The position numbers were made by a program, and so were the translations under genes. 64,000 nt of DNA from Cyanophora paradoxa CCMP329 (lineage: Eukaryota > Plantae > Glaucophyta), in assembly GCA_004431415.1 (NCBI GenBank), contig QPMI01000079.1, positions 62,001-126,000 of the forward strand. The letters run 5' to 3'. The first letter of the stretch is position 1; each line of letters opens with the position of its first letter. This document shows positions 35,701 to 48,182 of the stretch, one piece after another. The notes below the pieces were generated by a model that worked only from the letters and a program-made list of their open reading frames with translations, did no database searches and was not told the DNA's origin.

Positions 35701-38288
35701 GTCCTCGTCTCCATCTCGCCCACCTGGTCCGACGCCCCGCGCCCCGCCCCGCCCCGCCCCGCGCGCTCGTGCGCCCCCGCCGAGGCGCCCGTTCCCCCCT
35801 CCCTCCTCCCCAGCACGCGGTTCCTGTACCAAGACGGGTACGCCCTGGCGGGGGCCCTCTCCGCCCTCCTCCAGTTCGCCCTCCCCGAGGTAGCCCCCGG
35901 CGACTCCGTGCGTGCCCCCCCCGCCCCCCCCCCCCCCCCCCCCCCCTCCCCTTCTAACAGGGCGGCGGGGCGGGGGCAGATGGTGCTGCGGGTGGAGGAC
36001 GAGGACACGGACAAGCCGGCGCAGCACCGCGTCCTCTTCACCTTCTCGGTCCGCCCCGCTCGCCTCTCTCCCGCAGGCCCCGCGCCGCTGACGCCCCGCT
36101 CCAGCCCGGGGACGAGCCGCTGCGGACGCGGGACCCCGGGGCCCCCTCCGAGGCCGCCCCCGACGACCTCTACCGGGTCCGAGGCCCCTCCCGCCCCTCC
36201 GCTCCGCCCCGCCCCGCGCCGCTCACGGGCCCCGGGGCGCAGGCGGTGGACGGGGAGACGGGGCGCGAGTTCCACGTCTGGCTTCTCAAGTCCCTCCTCC
36301 CCCAGGTCCGCACCGAGCCGGGCCGGCTCTGGCGCTTGCGCTCGGCGGTTCTTCTTCTGTCTGACCCCGCGGCGGCCCCCGCAGCTGCGCGACGTCCGGT
36401 GGCTAACGGCCTCGGCGGCGGCGGCCGGCGGCAGCGGCGCGCGCGGGGGGCCCCTGGGCGCGCAGGACGACTACGCGTCCCTGCAGGCCGCCACCATCGA
36501 CGGCTCCATGCACGGCGCCGCCGCCGCCGCCGCGGCCCTCTCCGCCGCCGCCGGCAACGGCACCGGCGGCGACGGGCCCCTGACTTCCGTCCGCCGCGTC
36601 GCGAGGTGAGCCAAACCGAGCCAGGCCGGGCCGGGCCAAGCTCCCGAGGAGGCGGAGCGGGGCGGGGCCGAACAGACGCCTCGCGCAGGTCGCACACGCT
36701 GCTGGTGCCGGTGGGGCGCCCGGCGCCGGGCGTGCTGGTGCCCACCTCGACCTTCCGCGACGACGAGTGGGACGTGCTCGGTGCGGCGCCCTTTCCGCGA
36801 GCCCTCCCGCGCCTGGTTGCATCTGATCGCGATCGCGGCGCGCAGTGCCCGGGGCGGTGAAGCAGCAGCCGTTCATCGGGCGCAAGCTCGTCCTCTGCGT
36901 CTCCAACGCCGCCCTCCGCGCCACCGTGCGCGACCGAGCGATCGCCGTCGCCGTCGCCGTCGCTGAGGCCCGGGGGCGGGGGCGCGCGCAGGTGCACGCG
37001 CACCTGAAGGAGTGGGGCGCCGACGTCGTCAACCTCCGCACCTTCAAGGCGCGCCCCCGCCCCCGCCCCCGCCCCGCCCCCCCTTCCTGCCTCCTCATCC
37101 TTCGCTGAGGGGCGGGGCGGCAGGGCCTCACGGCGATCGCCGGCGTGCACGCGTACATCGTCGGGCCGCCCGTCGGGCCCCCCGGCGAGGACCGCGTCGC
37201 CAGGGCGAGCCCTCCCCCCCTCCGCAGAGACTCCGCCCGCTGAGGCGGCCCTCCGCGCGCGCGCAGACGCTGGCGAAGCACGACAAGCTGGTGAACCAGG
37301 TGGTCTTCATCGGGGACCGCCCCGACGTCGCCAACGTCAACCGCGGCCTCGTCGTGCCCCTCACCCCGTTGAAGCTCTCCACCCTCTTCCTCGTCCTCAA
37401 GAACCTGTGCGCCACTCCGACCCGCGTCGCTTGCTCGGGTCCGGTACTCTGTCAGAACTGATTCTTCCCGGCCCCAGGCTCTGGACGGTGGACAAGCTGC
37501 TGCGGAACCAGAACGCGCCGCCGCCGGAGATCCCGCCGGAGGGCGGGCACAAGCGGCACCCGCCGGGCGTGCGGACCTCGTTCAGGACGCAGGAGGCCCG
37601 GCCCTCGCAGGCCGGCACCACCGCGCAGGACCTCCGGCCCTCCCAGGCCGAGACGACGGCGGCGGCGGCCACGGCGGCGCTGCTGCCGCCGGCGACGGCC
37701 GCCGCGACGGCCGCCTCCACGCGGCGGGCCGGCGACGCCGAGTCGGACGACGACGCGAGCGCCCCGGCGGTGCGCGCGCCGCCCGCCTCGAGCGCCCCTC
37801 GCCCCCGCCCTCGCTGACGCGCGCCCCTCCGTCCACCCCGCAGGCCCGAGCGGCCCGCTGCCGCCGCCCCCCGCCGGCTCCCACAGCGGGGCGGAGCCGG
37901 ACCTCGCCGACCGTGTCACTGCCGTCGGTACGCTCTCTCTAATCTAAAAGTCGGAGCCGGCCGCCTCCAAAGGGGGAGCGGTGCCTGACCTGACGCGCGC
38001 GCGCGGGCAGACACGCGCGTGGCGGACTCGGTCGTGGACGAGAAGGAGGACGATCGCGAGGCGCCGGCGAGGCCGCACGGGGTCACGCCGGTCGACGTGC
38101 CCCCCCCGCTCCCCTCGGCGCGGGGCGGCCCGGGCACGGCGCGGAGCGGCGCCCCGGCCTCGGCGCGCAGCGGGGGCAAGTCGCAGGGGCACGGGCAAGC
38201 CGTGCCGGGGCGGGCCGTCGCCAAGCCCAAGTCGGTCCGCCTCGAGCCCAAGTCCGGCCACTCGACCCCCCAGATGCCCCCGAGCTAG
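32777..38288 (+). CDS. PAS-domain protein with degenerate hybrid histidine-kinase (HisKA/HATPase/receiver-like) architecture and N-terminal acylation motif
   Basis: MGFCCCG N-terminus. PAS_4-like VAVRDRAGRYRFLNSTAARAL...ELIGRTPHDFLPPEIA; H-box-position FYSRNLVAPA; VDVHLVVEAALD and GYALAGALSALLQFALP...GQMVLRVED; receiver-like GRKLVLCVSNAALRATVHAHLKEWGADV...LTPLKLSTLFLVL. Confidence 0.7.
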
Positions 38289-38770
38289 CTAGCCACCTAG
38301 CCAGCTCTATTCGCGGAGACCCTATTCGAATCTCGTTGCTCGCTAAACCCTTACAGAGGGTGGATATTCGTATTTTATTGTCGTTCTATGCCAGCCATGG
38401 CTTTCTGTATTTACAGCTATTAACAACTAAGAAATGCCAGTGTTAAGTGAGCTTTATCTCCAGTCGCTGCAGCCGAAGCGTCACAGTTCTTTTGCAGCTA
38501 CAGTTTATAGCGTCCGTTGGCATATTCAGAGGCTACGTTGGGGTAGAGCTTAGCTGCAGTGCTGCTTTTATATTTGAATCGCGAATGCTGGGGCCCGGGG
38601 TCCGGCTTGGACCGCGTATACGTAGAGGGGTTTTTGGGCTTCGGCTATGATTCTGAGGCTTGCGTTCTGGCAGTGTAAATTATCATAGTTTGTCGAATAT
38701 TAATAAAGTAAGTAAAGCGACTTTCTTACAAGCGAGCTCGAGTCCCTGCGGAGCAGGAGTGGCCTTGGGT

Positions 38771-38871
38771 CTACCGTAGACGACTTAAATACCGCGCCAC
38801 ATATTACCGCGTTCTAAAATTTCGGCGCCGGTAGGCGCTTTAGCGCGGTACCAAATTAGCGCGTTTTCATC
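38771..38871. mobile_element. Single terminal copy of the 28.2-kb MITE family
   Basis: Roughly 90% identical by eye to the reverse complement of 28425-28524, starting CTACCGTAGACGACT. No partner TIR seen in the window. Confidence 0.8.
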
Positions 38872-40449
38872 AATTTGGGGTACGGCCCATACAAAAGTGT
38901 TAGCGCCCTGCAGCTGGCCGCGCGCCAGGCCGGGGCGGACTTAGGTGTCTTAGGCCTACAAATGGGGTAGTAGGTGTCTTCAAATATACGAATTTCGCTT
39001 TCTAAAATTTGTGACAAGATACCCACAGACCTAAGGGCCTCTCCTTTCCCCAAGGCCGATGCCTTCGCGTTCCTTTGCGCCCTCTTCCTCACTTGGCCTG
39101 CCTGGCCGGCGCCGGAACTCTTCGAGGAAAATTGTTTTTCATGCCTTCAACTTCGCGCCCTCCCCTCCCCCACCACCCCCCGGGCCCCCTTACCCCCATG
39201 CCACCCCCACCCCCACCACTCCATCGCAACCATCGCAATTTTTTTTGCAACCCCACCACTCCTGTGCCCCTCCATCGCAACCAGTACTCATCATCATCGG
39301 ATCAGAGACTCGAGCTCGCGATGCGCGCGCGCACCACGAAGGGAGACTAGTACTCGAGCTCGCGATCACATGCAGTCGAATTCAAACGCTTATGATTACA
39401 AATTAGTTTCTCGATATCGGCTCCACGGGACCGGCGCCGGCGCTGGCCGCGGCCCAGGCCCTGATCACGAGGTCTTTGGCAGCGCCGGCCGCGTCTACCA
39501 GCCCATATCAAAGGGGTCGTCCATGTCCTCGAACCCAGTGAATTAGAAGGGCTGCGCATGCATATGATTCATGATCATGATCAGGCCGAATCGAAAAGCG
39601 GCATGATCTCGGATTGAGATAGATATACCGATATTCAATTAATATATATTTGGATTTCAAATCCTGCTCCCTCTAGAATTTATGAAGATCTAGAGATCTA
39701 GACCCCATGGCCACCTGCAGTCGCACTACATATTTTATTTGATTAATACACGCGCACCAGGCAGACCTCGCATAAGTCCTCGAACCCGGCGGGGGGCTGC
39801 GGACGAGCCTGGCGTAAGCCCCGCGTCTCGACGGGGGGATTCACGAGACGCTGGGATTCATGATCATGATCATGATCATGATCATGATCAGTTTGCAAAC
39901 ACGGGCATGATCACAGCGAAGTGGGGGGGTACCCCCGCCATTAACACTCGAGTCCCATACAAACCTGTCCAAGTAACTGCCAGAACAGGCAATAACTGCC
40001 GGCCGCCCGCCGGCGCCCGGGCGCCGCGCTAGCAAGCTAGCAGCTCTTAGCTACGTCTAGCCAGGAGAATGGAAGCGGTCCGGTCAACGGGGGCGCCCTG
40101 GTTCGGAAGTTCGACTCGTAGCTAGTGCGGGCCGGCCGGGCCATCGCGGAGGCGCGCCGTGGCCAGCTCACCGCATCGTTAGTTCGTCTGGCATGTCGTA
40201 GACGAGAGGGCGCGCCCCGCCGAGCTAGCTGTGGTCCGCGGAAGGTGACTGCCGCGCACTGCGAACGTAGGATCGCAGGAAGCTGACCGCTGGCATCGCA
40301 GAGCCGACGCAGGACGTCGCGAACGGAATGAGCATCTGATGAGCATCTGCTGATGCGCTGGGCTGGTCGCCGCGCGACCGGCCTGACCGACGCCCCGCCA
40401 GGAGGCCGCGCACCAGCCGCGCGCCTCGCCGGCCGAGCGCAGGTGCAGC

Positions 40450-41732
40450 CTCGCCTTCCGAATGAGCTTTAGCTAAGCTGACAGTGATGAACGACGCTCG
40501 CAGCGCGCGCGGGACGCCGTTCCTGGGCCGCCCGCTCTTGGTGGTGGTTGCCGCCCCTCAGGAGTCGCCGTGGTGCGGGCGCGACCTTTTGCATCCTTTC
40601 CTCAGCTCGTTTCTGATGTTATCTACATGCAGGCATTGCGTGCGCATGGTGTGGCGCTTCGAGGCGGGCGTTCTTGACCGAGAACGCCACCTGGTCCCCC
40701 TTCTTGGCCAGACCTTGCTTCTCCCCGTCGCTCTCCGCGTCTCCCTTTGATAGCGCGTCGTCTAGATTGTTATGTACGATGAATCTATGCGTTTTCCCGC
40801 CGCCGCGCCCGCCCCCCCTCTCCAGGGTTGAGTGCCACCACTGCACCACTCTAGCAGAGGCGCCCTGCGCGCCCAGCACGCCCCGCAGCACTGGAGATGA
40901 ATGAAAACGATGTAAATTACATAGAAGTACATCAGAGCACGATCCAATGCGTCCGGGAAGCGCGGGCAAGGGGTCCGAGCCTGGCCCCATGTCCTTGCCA
41001 CCACCACCGCCAGCCTCCGAACGCAGCACGGCGCCCTGCACAGCACGCGCGCGGTGCGCAACATAGTTAGCCTTGCGTAGGAGCACAGCTGGCGCGGGGG
41101 TTCTGCCGGGATGCGCACCGGGAGCGACCAGCACCGCAGCAGTGACGGGCACCAAGCCAAACCGCGCGGCGGACTCGCCCAATGGCCCCGGCGTAAGCTG
41201 TTGACACAAACGATGCCGCCAGCGCGCTGCGGGCGTCGGGCGAGGTCGGGGTTGGTCGCCGGCAGGCGAGCGGGCGGGCGCAGCGGGCGGACCTCATCAT
41301 CATGCCAAGGCGAGGACGCCGACCATTCCCGAACGCTTCCAGCACCTTACAATCCTGTTTGAAGCACGTTAGACCCGCGCAGCTAGAGCGCCCAGGTCGC
41401 CGCACCTTCCAGAGCACACCGCCTGGCGGGCGGGCGGCGCGGTCGCGCTGTATCGACGCAGATGATGTCTATATGACCTGTGCGGACCTCCTGATACGCC
41501 GCCAGGCAGCGCCGAGCTCGCCCGCCTCCGCCACTCCCGCCAGGCAGCGCCCGAAGACGGCGCCTAGATCAACGGCAAGCTGGGGATCTGTTACGTTCAA
41601 TCGATAGAGCTTCGAACGCTCTGCTCGCTGTACTAGCCGCGCCTGGCGGAGTGGTGCCGTTTTGGAGAAAGTGGTGGCGAAAGTGCGGTAATCCGCCAAA
41701 CCGGGTTGGACTTCAAGTCCTAGGCGGCCCAT
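40450..41732 (-). pseudogene. Degenerate intron-containing gene relic of unknown family
   Basis: Coding-like stretches (MGRLGLEVQPGLADYRTF..., DCKVLEAFGNGRRPRLG, VVQWWHSTLE...THRFIVHNNLDDAL) separated by host-type splice signals but with in-frame stops. Confidence 0.3.
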
Positions 41733-42002
41733 ACAACTCGAATGTTAATGCACCTACCCCCCCCACACTTCGCTGTGGATCAGTTTGCAAACACGGGAAG
41801 AGGAACAAGAGGAAATTAAATCGGCGGGGCCCGGGGTCGAGGCGCCGGCGCGGATTCATGATCAAGCTGAATCGAAAATTTAAAGCGGCATCGATATCGA
41901 ATTGAATCGCAAATGCGCAGCTCTCTCTGAAATTTATAAAGATCTAGAGACCCTAAAAGAGGAAAAAGAGGAAATTAAAGCCGCCCCGGCCGGGGCCCGC
42001 AC

Positions 42003-42428
42003 CTGGCAGACCTTGCAGGGGGTGCGCCCCGCCAGCTCCGCCTCCTCTCTCGAGTCGAAGCGCACGAGGTCGGACCGGAAGGGGAGGTGGAACTGCGGCT
42101 TGCCCTCGCGGTCGCGCTGGTGCAGGTGGACGCAGCCGCCGACGTGGTGCCTGCGGGGGCCCGGCGTGTCGATCGCCCAGCGCGCCTCGCGATCGCCGTC
42201 GGCATCCGGATCCGGCCGCGGCTCCGGTCGCGGCTCGGCCGCGGCCGGGCGCTGATAATGTTTCGAGCGCGCATGTGCGCGCTCTACATGTGCACTGCTG
42301 TTGAGTCTGGGGTCTTTCATTGCGCGCTCAAGGAACGAGTCCCATCGCTTCAGTAGCGCTTCATCTTTGGCTTGAACAGCATCTGCGAGTCCGAATATTG
42401 ACAGCGTTTCGCCCTGTGTGCCCGTCAC
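42003..42428 (-). CDS. Exon(s) encoding an Ada metal-binding-like Cys/His domain
   Basis: RRHHVGGCVHL...DLVRFDSREEAELAGRTPCKVCQ resembles the F-x-S-x-E-E-A-x-x-A-G-x-x-P-C-K-x-C pattern of Ada Zn-binding domains. Followed by a GT donor; gene completeness unclear. Confidence 0.5.
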
Positions 42429-43169
42429 AAATTAGATTCGATTTCGCGCGAAAATCAAGAGAGCGCCGGCCCGGCCGGCGCCTTGCATATATACCTCTTG
42501 CATTAATTCATCGAATGTATCCTTTTTGTTGGCGCCCGCGGCGCCCGCGATCGGCTCGCCCTGCAGAAGCTCGTTACGCGTTCATGATCATGATCATTTT
42601 CAAGCTGAGTCGAAATTCGACCGCGGAGACGCGCGCGCGCGCACCTTGGAGAGCTCCGCGGCCGAGCTTTGCGGCTCCCGGGCGGTCGCCTTCAAATTTT
42701 CTGCGACGCGTACTTCGGCTGAATTCGATTCGAATCGCCTCGCTTTGGAAAAAGCGGCGCGCGCGCGCACCATCGGGGAGGCTGTGCTCCTGCACTGTGC
42801 GCTCGAGGACCGACATTTCCAGCAGCTGCCGCCGGAAAATAAACTTGAAAACAGCTATAGATCGCTATAAAGATCAATTCAGAAGGGGGACGCCGGGAGC
42901 CCTAAAAAAGGAGCCCGGATTCTCAAGCTCCCAGCTGCAGCTATAGAGGGGATCAACAGCTGCAGGTGAGATCTTGAGGGGGGTGAGAAGCTCAATTAAT
43001 ATTGCACACGCGGCAAGGGGAGATCTAGATATCTAGAAGGGCCGAAATTTCGAGGCTCATGCAGTGGCTTGCGGTCGAGGACCGCCGGCCAAGAAGCTTA
43101 ATTCTAGCAGCCCCCGCAGTGCGCATGCTGGTGTTTATATAGAGACTAGTACTGTGGCCGGTAATTCAC

Positions 43170-45385
43170 TTGCCTGTTCCCCGGCAGGTCCCTGGTCATG
43201 ATCATCTTGCAGCTCCGTACCCCTTCTTACCTCTTCCCCTTGCTCCTCCACTTCCGCCCCCGCGTGGCCCTCTTTCTGACGTCCTCCTGGTTCAGCCCCC
43301 TCTTCAGACCATCCTTCTTGCCCCCGCTTCTGCAACTGTGACGCCGGGCGGCACTATTTTTTTACATGCCCCTCCCGCCACTACGTCCCCGGTCTCTTTG
43401 CGTCTGCATCCACTTTCCCAGGTCCGCTTGCAGGCCCCCTCGCCTCCAGAGCTCGCCATCACTTGGGCCTCCCTCGCCTCCGCTCTCGATTCTCCATACC
43501 CTTCGAATAGCCGCCTTCTCTCTCCTCCTCCGCCCTCCCTCCCCCCCTCAAGCTCCGGGTCCTCGGCCTCTCCCCCGCTTCCGAGTGTTGGCGAGACTGT
43601 CCTCTTTTCGGTCTCCCCGTCATTCCGGCTCCCTGCTCCCCCTTCGGCGCCTCGGGTCCCATCTGCGGGTCCTATCCCGCTTCCTGGCGCTCGTGAGATT
43701 CGCCGCCGGCGCCCTCGTCGGGCCCTTGCGCCCTCGAGCTTGTCTCTCTCTGCGCCGCCCATGACCCTCGTGTCATTTGATCCGGCGCCACCCGACCTTT
43801 CTCCTGCTTCGCTGCAGCTGCCCTCTCTTCGGCGCCGGCAGCGCTCCCCGTCACCTGCTCGCGGCCCTTCCCCTGCCTCTGACCCTTCCTCGGCTCCCTC
43901 CTCGCCTCTTCCGTCTCGTAGGCCTCCGCCGCGTTCCCGTCGGCGGATCTCTCGATCGACCCTGGTCGACTCTCCGCCTGCCACTGTCTGCGGGGTACCT
44001 CCGCCACCGTGTTCGGCGCCGGCTGTCAGTACTTTGCTCGGTAGCTCCCCCGTCGTGGCTCCTCGGGGGCCTCTTCGTCGTCGTCGTTCGCTGGGTTCCG
44101 GCTCCGGGTCAGATTTCTCGCCGGGCTTACCTTCTCCTGGCTCTGCTCCTGGGCCCTCAGCTCCGGGACCGGCTTCCCCGATCTCCTCCCGGACTCGTGG
44201 TCGTACCCGTCGACGTCGCCGGCTTGCCGAGCCTGCGTCTCCTTCTACTTCCCTCCGGCGGTTTGCCGGGCCGGACCCTCCGGCCTTTGTTCTTGATACC
44301 GGACCGTCGGACTGCCGCCGTTGCCTTCGTCTTCTGCTTCGCTGGTCGTATCCCGCCGGCGCCGGCGTACTTCGTCTTATAGTTTAGTTCGGTCTGGTTC
44401 GGATTCTGATCGTAGTGTTGATGCTAGAGTTAGTTTCAATACTAGCTTTTTTTTTTTTGAAAAAGCCCCAAGGGCATATCAGTATATTAGTTAGGCCAGC
44501 CCCGCGTATGATCCCGCTGGGGGGCCACAAAGGACGGACTATGGACATGCTAAGGGTGCTGTGGAGCCTAAGAGCGAGTACTACAGGAGCTACAAGTAGG
44601 TGCGGGCCACGAAGGTACAGATGCGGGTGGGTGGATATGGAGGGGGGAGGTGGTTGCGGTCGTGAGGTTGCAGTATTGAGGGGGGGGCGGAGAGGGCGGG
44701 GGGGTAGCGGTAGATCGGGTATGTAGGGAGGGGTGGACCTGAAGGGGGAATGGCTGCGAAGGGAGAAAGGAGGCAGGGGGCGGGGTGGAAAGAGGGCACT
44801 ATTAATATTGGGAGGGGAGCGGCCCATGAAGAGGGATCTACTGGGTGGTGTCGGCGTCTGCCCCGGCGGCATCAGTTTCAATACTAGCTATAGTCCTCGT
44901 GCTCGACCTGTTGTTCGCCGTCGTTTGCAGTTCGACTGCCCGCCTCGACCCCGGCCGGCTTTAGTGATTCCTTTGACTGTCCTTTTGCCTGCTCTTGATC
45001 CGCCTGCTCCGCCTCCTGTGTCCTCCTCGACCTCGTGCCGTAGCTCTGCCCTTTCGCATCGTCCTGCTTCACCTCTGCCTCCACGTCGTCTTGTTGTTCC
45101 TCTTACTTGTCTGCTTCCTGTTATTTATCTTTCTCAATTTTGTCCTCCGCTTCTTAGTGATGTAATTCCTTCCGATATTGATGGTATCTCTAGCTCTGGC
45201 TCTTCTTCGTGTCAGTCATCCTCTGCCCCTAGATCTGCTCGGTCTGATTTACTTATCGTCTCTTCTCGATCTGTCTCGAGCTCTGTGTCTTTTCTTTTTT
45301 ATTGTCGATTTTGGCTCTTTGTCTTATCTTTCTTCGTGCTCTTGTCTTATCTTTCTTCGTGCTCTTGTCTATTTTGTCTTCGTTA
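43170..45385 (+). mobile_element. Intronless Ser/Pro/Arg-rich ORF remnant, probable retroelement or other foreign insert
   Basis: CT-rich with T-ending codons unlike host genes. The frame continues across the 44.4-kb insertion once it is removed (one frameshift near 44311); ends in a 23-bp tandem repeat tcttatctttcttcgtgctcttg. No RT or transposase motif seen. Confidence 0.4.
44448..44873 (-). mobile_element. 5'-truncated non-LTR retrotransposon (LINE 3' end or SINE)
   Basis: Poly(T) on the + strand at the left end; perfect 16-bp target-site duplication AGTTTCAATACTAGCT at 44432-44447 and 44874-44889. Confidence 0.88.
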
Positions 45386-47505
45386 TTTCAGCTCGGGAAG
45401 AGCGCTCTCGCGGCTAACCGAGCTTTGCGGCGCCGGCGCCGCGCGCGCGGTCGCCTTTGAACTCTCTGCGACCGAATTCGAATCGCCTCGCTTCGGAAAT
45501 CTAGAGCGGCGCTGACGCGCGCGCGCGCGCGCGCACCTTCGGGGAGGCTGTGCTCCTGCACCACGCGCTCGAGCACCGACATTTCGATATGCCGCAGTGC
45601 GCTGCGGGGATGACTCAGTGAGAAGGGCTGGCCTTGGGGTCACCAAGTGAGCTAGAGGGGGGTGCACGTGAGAATTCGCCATACTGGGCGCCGGACGCAA
45701 TCTAAACGATATACGGGCCGCCTTCGCCCGGTACCAGGCGACGTATCCGCATCTGCCGGACCAAAAGTACTAGATTAAATTGCTAGTACCGAGCCAAGAC
45801 CCCTCTCCGAGGTCCCGGTCCGGCGCCGCCCGGCGGCCCCCGAACCCTAGGCCCCCTCACGGCGGCGCTTTCCCGGCCCGCCGCCCCCGCCGCCCGCAAT
45901 GCATGCGCAGCCCCGTCGTACTTTCGAGGCCTCCCGCCCCCCGTCGCGCTCTCCTGCGATGCCGGGCCGGCCGGCCCCCCCCGCACGCCCGCCCTTCCCG
46001 ACGGCCGCCCGAATTTTCGAGGGGAGATTTAGAGCTAGAAGGGCCCTACGTATACGTACGGTAAACGTAGGGGAGCCGCGCGCCGCGGCGCTGAGCTCGG
46101 GGCTCCCGGATCCGGATGATCGATATATATCATCGAAGCCTGTAGGTCAAGGCCTGTAGCCTGCCTACGCCTACGGCAGGGGACTCCGCGGCCGGGAGCT
46201 CGCGATCGCGATCGGGGGATCCGGATCCAGATGATCACCGAAGCCTGAAGCTCATGATCAAGGGCCGGAGCGCATGCGCATGCGCGGCCCGGCATGCACG
46301 TGCACTGCGGCCCGCCAGGCCCGCCGGGCAGTATACGCCGCGCGCGCGTATATACGTAGCTATATAGTGCAGCTAGCGCTGGCGGCGAGGCATGCAAAAT
46401 GCGGAGCCTGCAGCTGGCGCCGCGCGCGCGCCCACCGGTACGTATACGGCGGTACCGCCCGAAGCAGCTGCGCGCACCGCCGCGCAGGCGAGCGCCGAGC
46501 GCTAGCGCTATATATAGCTACAGCGCCTAGCCGCGCGCTGAGCTAGTACTGCGCCTAGCCGGCTAGCCGCGATCAAGCTAGTCGCGAGTTCGGCTCCAGA
46601 ATCCTCGTACCGCATGTTACGTACGCGTGTACCCGGCGAGGATCAGGGAGCTCGAGGCGATCCGGAGGCCGGCCGGAACTTCGGAAGCTAGGCTCTAGAT
46701 ATCGATCCGGGATCCTGGATAAGAAGCTGCTCACAGCTGCAGGCTCGTCAGCCTCAGCAGCTAACTGGCCTCAGCAGCTAGGCCAAACTCCGGCGGTTAG
46801 CCAGGCCGACGGCACTACGTACTACGGTATACAGCACGACAGGCCGACGGCACTACAGCACGCGATGCCACGCGTACGCGCGTAAGCCGCGGCCGGATCG
46901 GATTTCTGCCCGAAGCAGCCTGGCAGCAGCTCACTTCATTCCCGTTGCGATCTCTAGCTACCAGTCACGGCAGTTTCCGCCTGCGCAGGGCCCGCGGGGC
47001 AGATCGGCCAGCACTCGAGCTTCCGAACTTCCGACAGCTGCAGCCTCCGAACGGACCGAGCCATAGTGGCAGCCTCCGGCGGGACCAACTTCTTTCCCGA
47101 GTCCGCGCGCATACACGCGTACGCAGGACTAGCTATAGTACTGAGGCTGCGCATGCACGCCATCATCTCGAGTCTAGGCCTGCAAGCTTGAGCTTGTGGC
47201 CCAGCACTGCGGCAATTGCAGCAGCGGTGGAGCACGCTTGAAGCTCTCCATCGATAACTTCCAGCTGCAGAGCCCAGAATTCACAGCTATCAGTTCTTGC
47301 TGGCGCGGTTCCTCAGACTGTAAGAGGGCGAAAGAAGCGGCCCAAGTCTGTCCAGCTGCTGAGCGCAGCCTCTGAAACTCTCGTGTGCATGTGCGCGCGC
47401 CCCTGTGTCTTGATCCCGCCGCGCCTGCGGATGCGCTTCCCACCCATGGCCATTTGACTGACCCGCGGCCGGCCCCGGCGCCAGCGCGCGGGGCCGGCGG
47501 TATCG

Positions 47506-48149
47506 ATGGGTATCCAGGGGCGCTCTGGGAGCATCGCGGCCCGGAGCGACGGCGGCGGGTCGGTCATGGGCGGGCGCCGCCCCAGCATGGCCGGCAGCTC
47601 CAGCGCCCCGGGGCTCGGCCTCCCCGGCCTCGGGGGGGAGAAGCGCCTCTCCCGAAAGGACCTCGAGGAGGGTGCCCCCCCCCCCCCCCCCCCCCCCGCG
47701 TTCCGCTCACCTGAGCCTCGGAACCCGCCACACCCCTTTCGATCGCAGCCGTCTTCAGCGTGCTCTACGGTGCCCGCGCCTTCCTTTCATTTCTTTGCCT
47801 TTCCGGTTTCCTGGAGCTCACGTTCGAGCACGTACCCCCGCAGTGATGCGGGCGCAGGAGAGCGCGAACGTTCGCCTGACCGTTCTCAACGTCATCGTCG
47901 ACTTCCTCCAGGTACCCCCCCTCTATTTCCTTCCCCCTACCAAAAACATTCCTGAACCCGTGCCCCAGCTCCTCGTCTTCCCCCTGGACGGTTCGAAGTA
48001 CAACTGGTGGAACCCACCCTACGTCGCGAACGTCGTCCGCGGGCGAGTTGTACCCCCTACCCTTCCCCTGCCCCGGCCTCTTGAAACGCGTACCCCGCAG
48101 AATCCTCAACGCGCTGCCCTACAACTTCCTCAACTACGCCCCCTGTGAG

Positions 48150-48182
<33 letters not shown>

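Larger units (their letters stand above)
42610..45590. repeat. Diverged ~200-bp direct repeat (42610-42830 and 45385-45590) flanking a compositionally foreign segment
   Basis: Both copies share gagctttgcggc...gcggtcgcctt...gaatcgcctcgctt...ggggaggctgtgctcctgcac...gcgctcgag.accgacatttc; the minus strand reads MSVLER(T/V)VQEHSLP in both. Confidence 0.75.

Noticed and set aside
45700-45790. Hairpin near CTAG as a Helitron end (also CTAGT at ~25107)
   Set aside because: CTAG is very common here because of the palindrome bias; spacing and orientation unconvincing and no matching 5' end identified.
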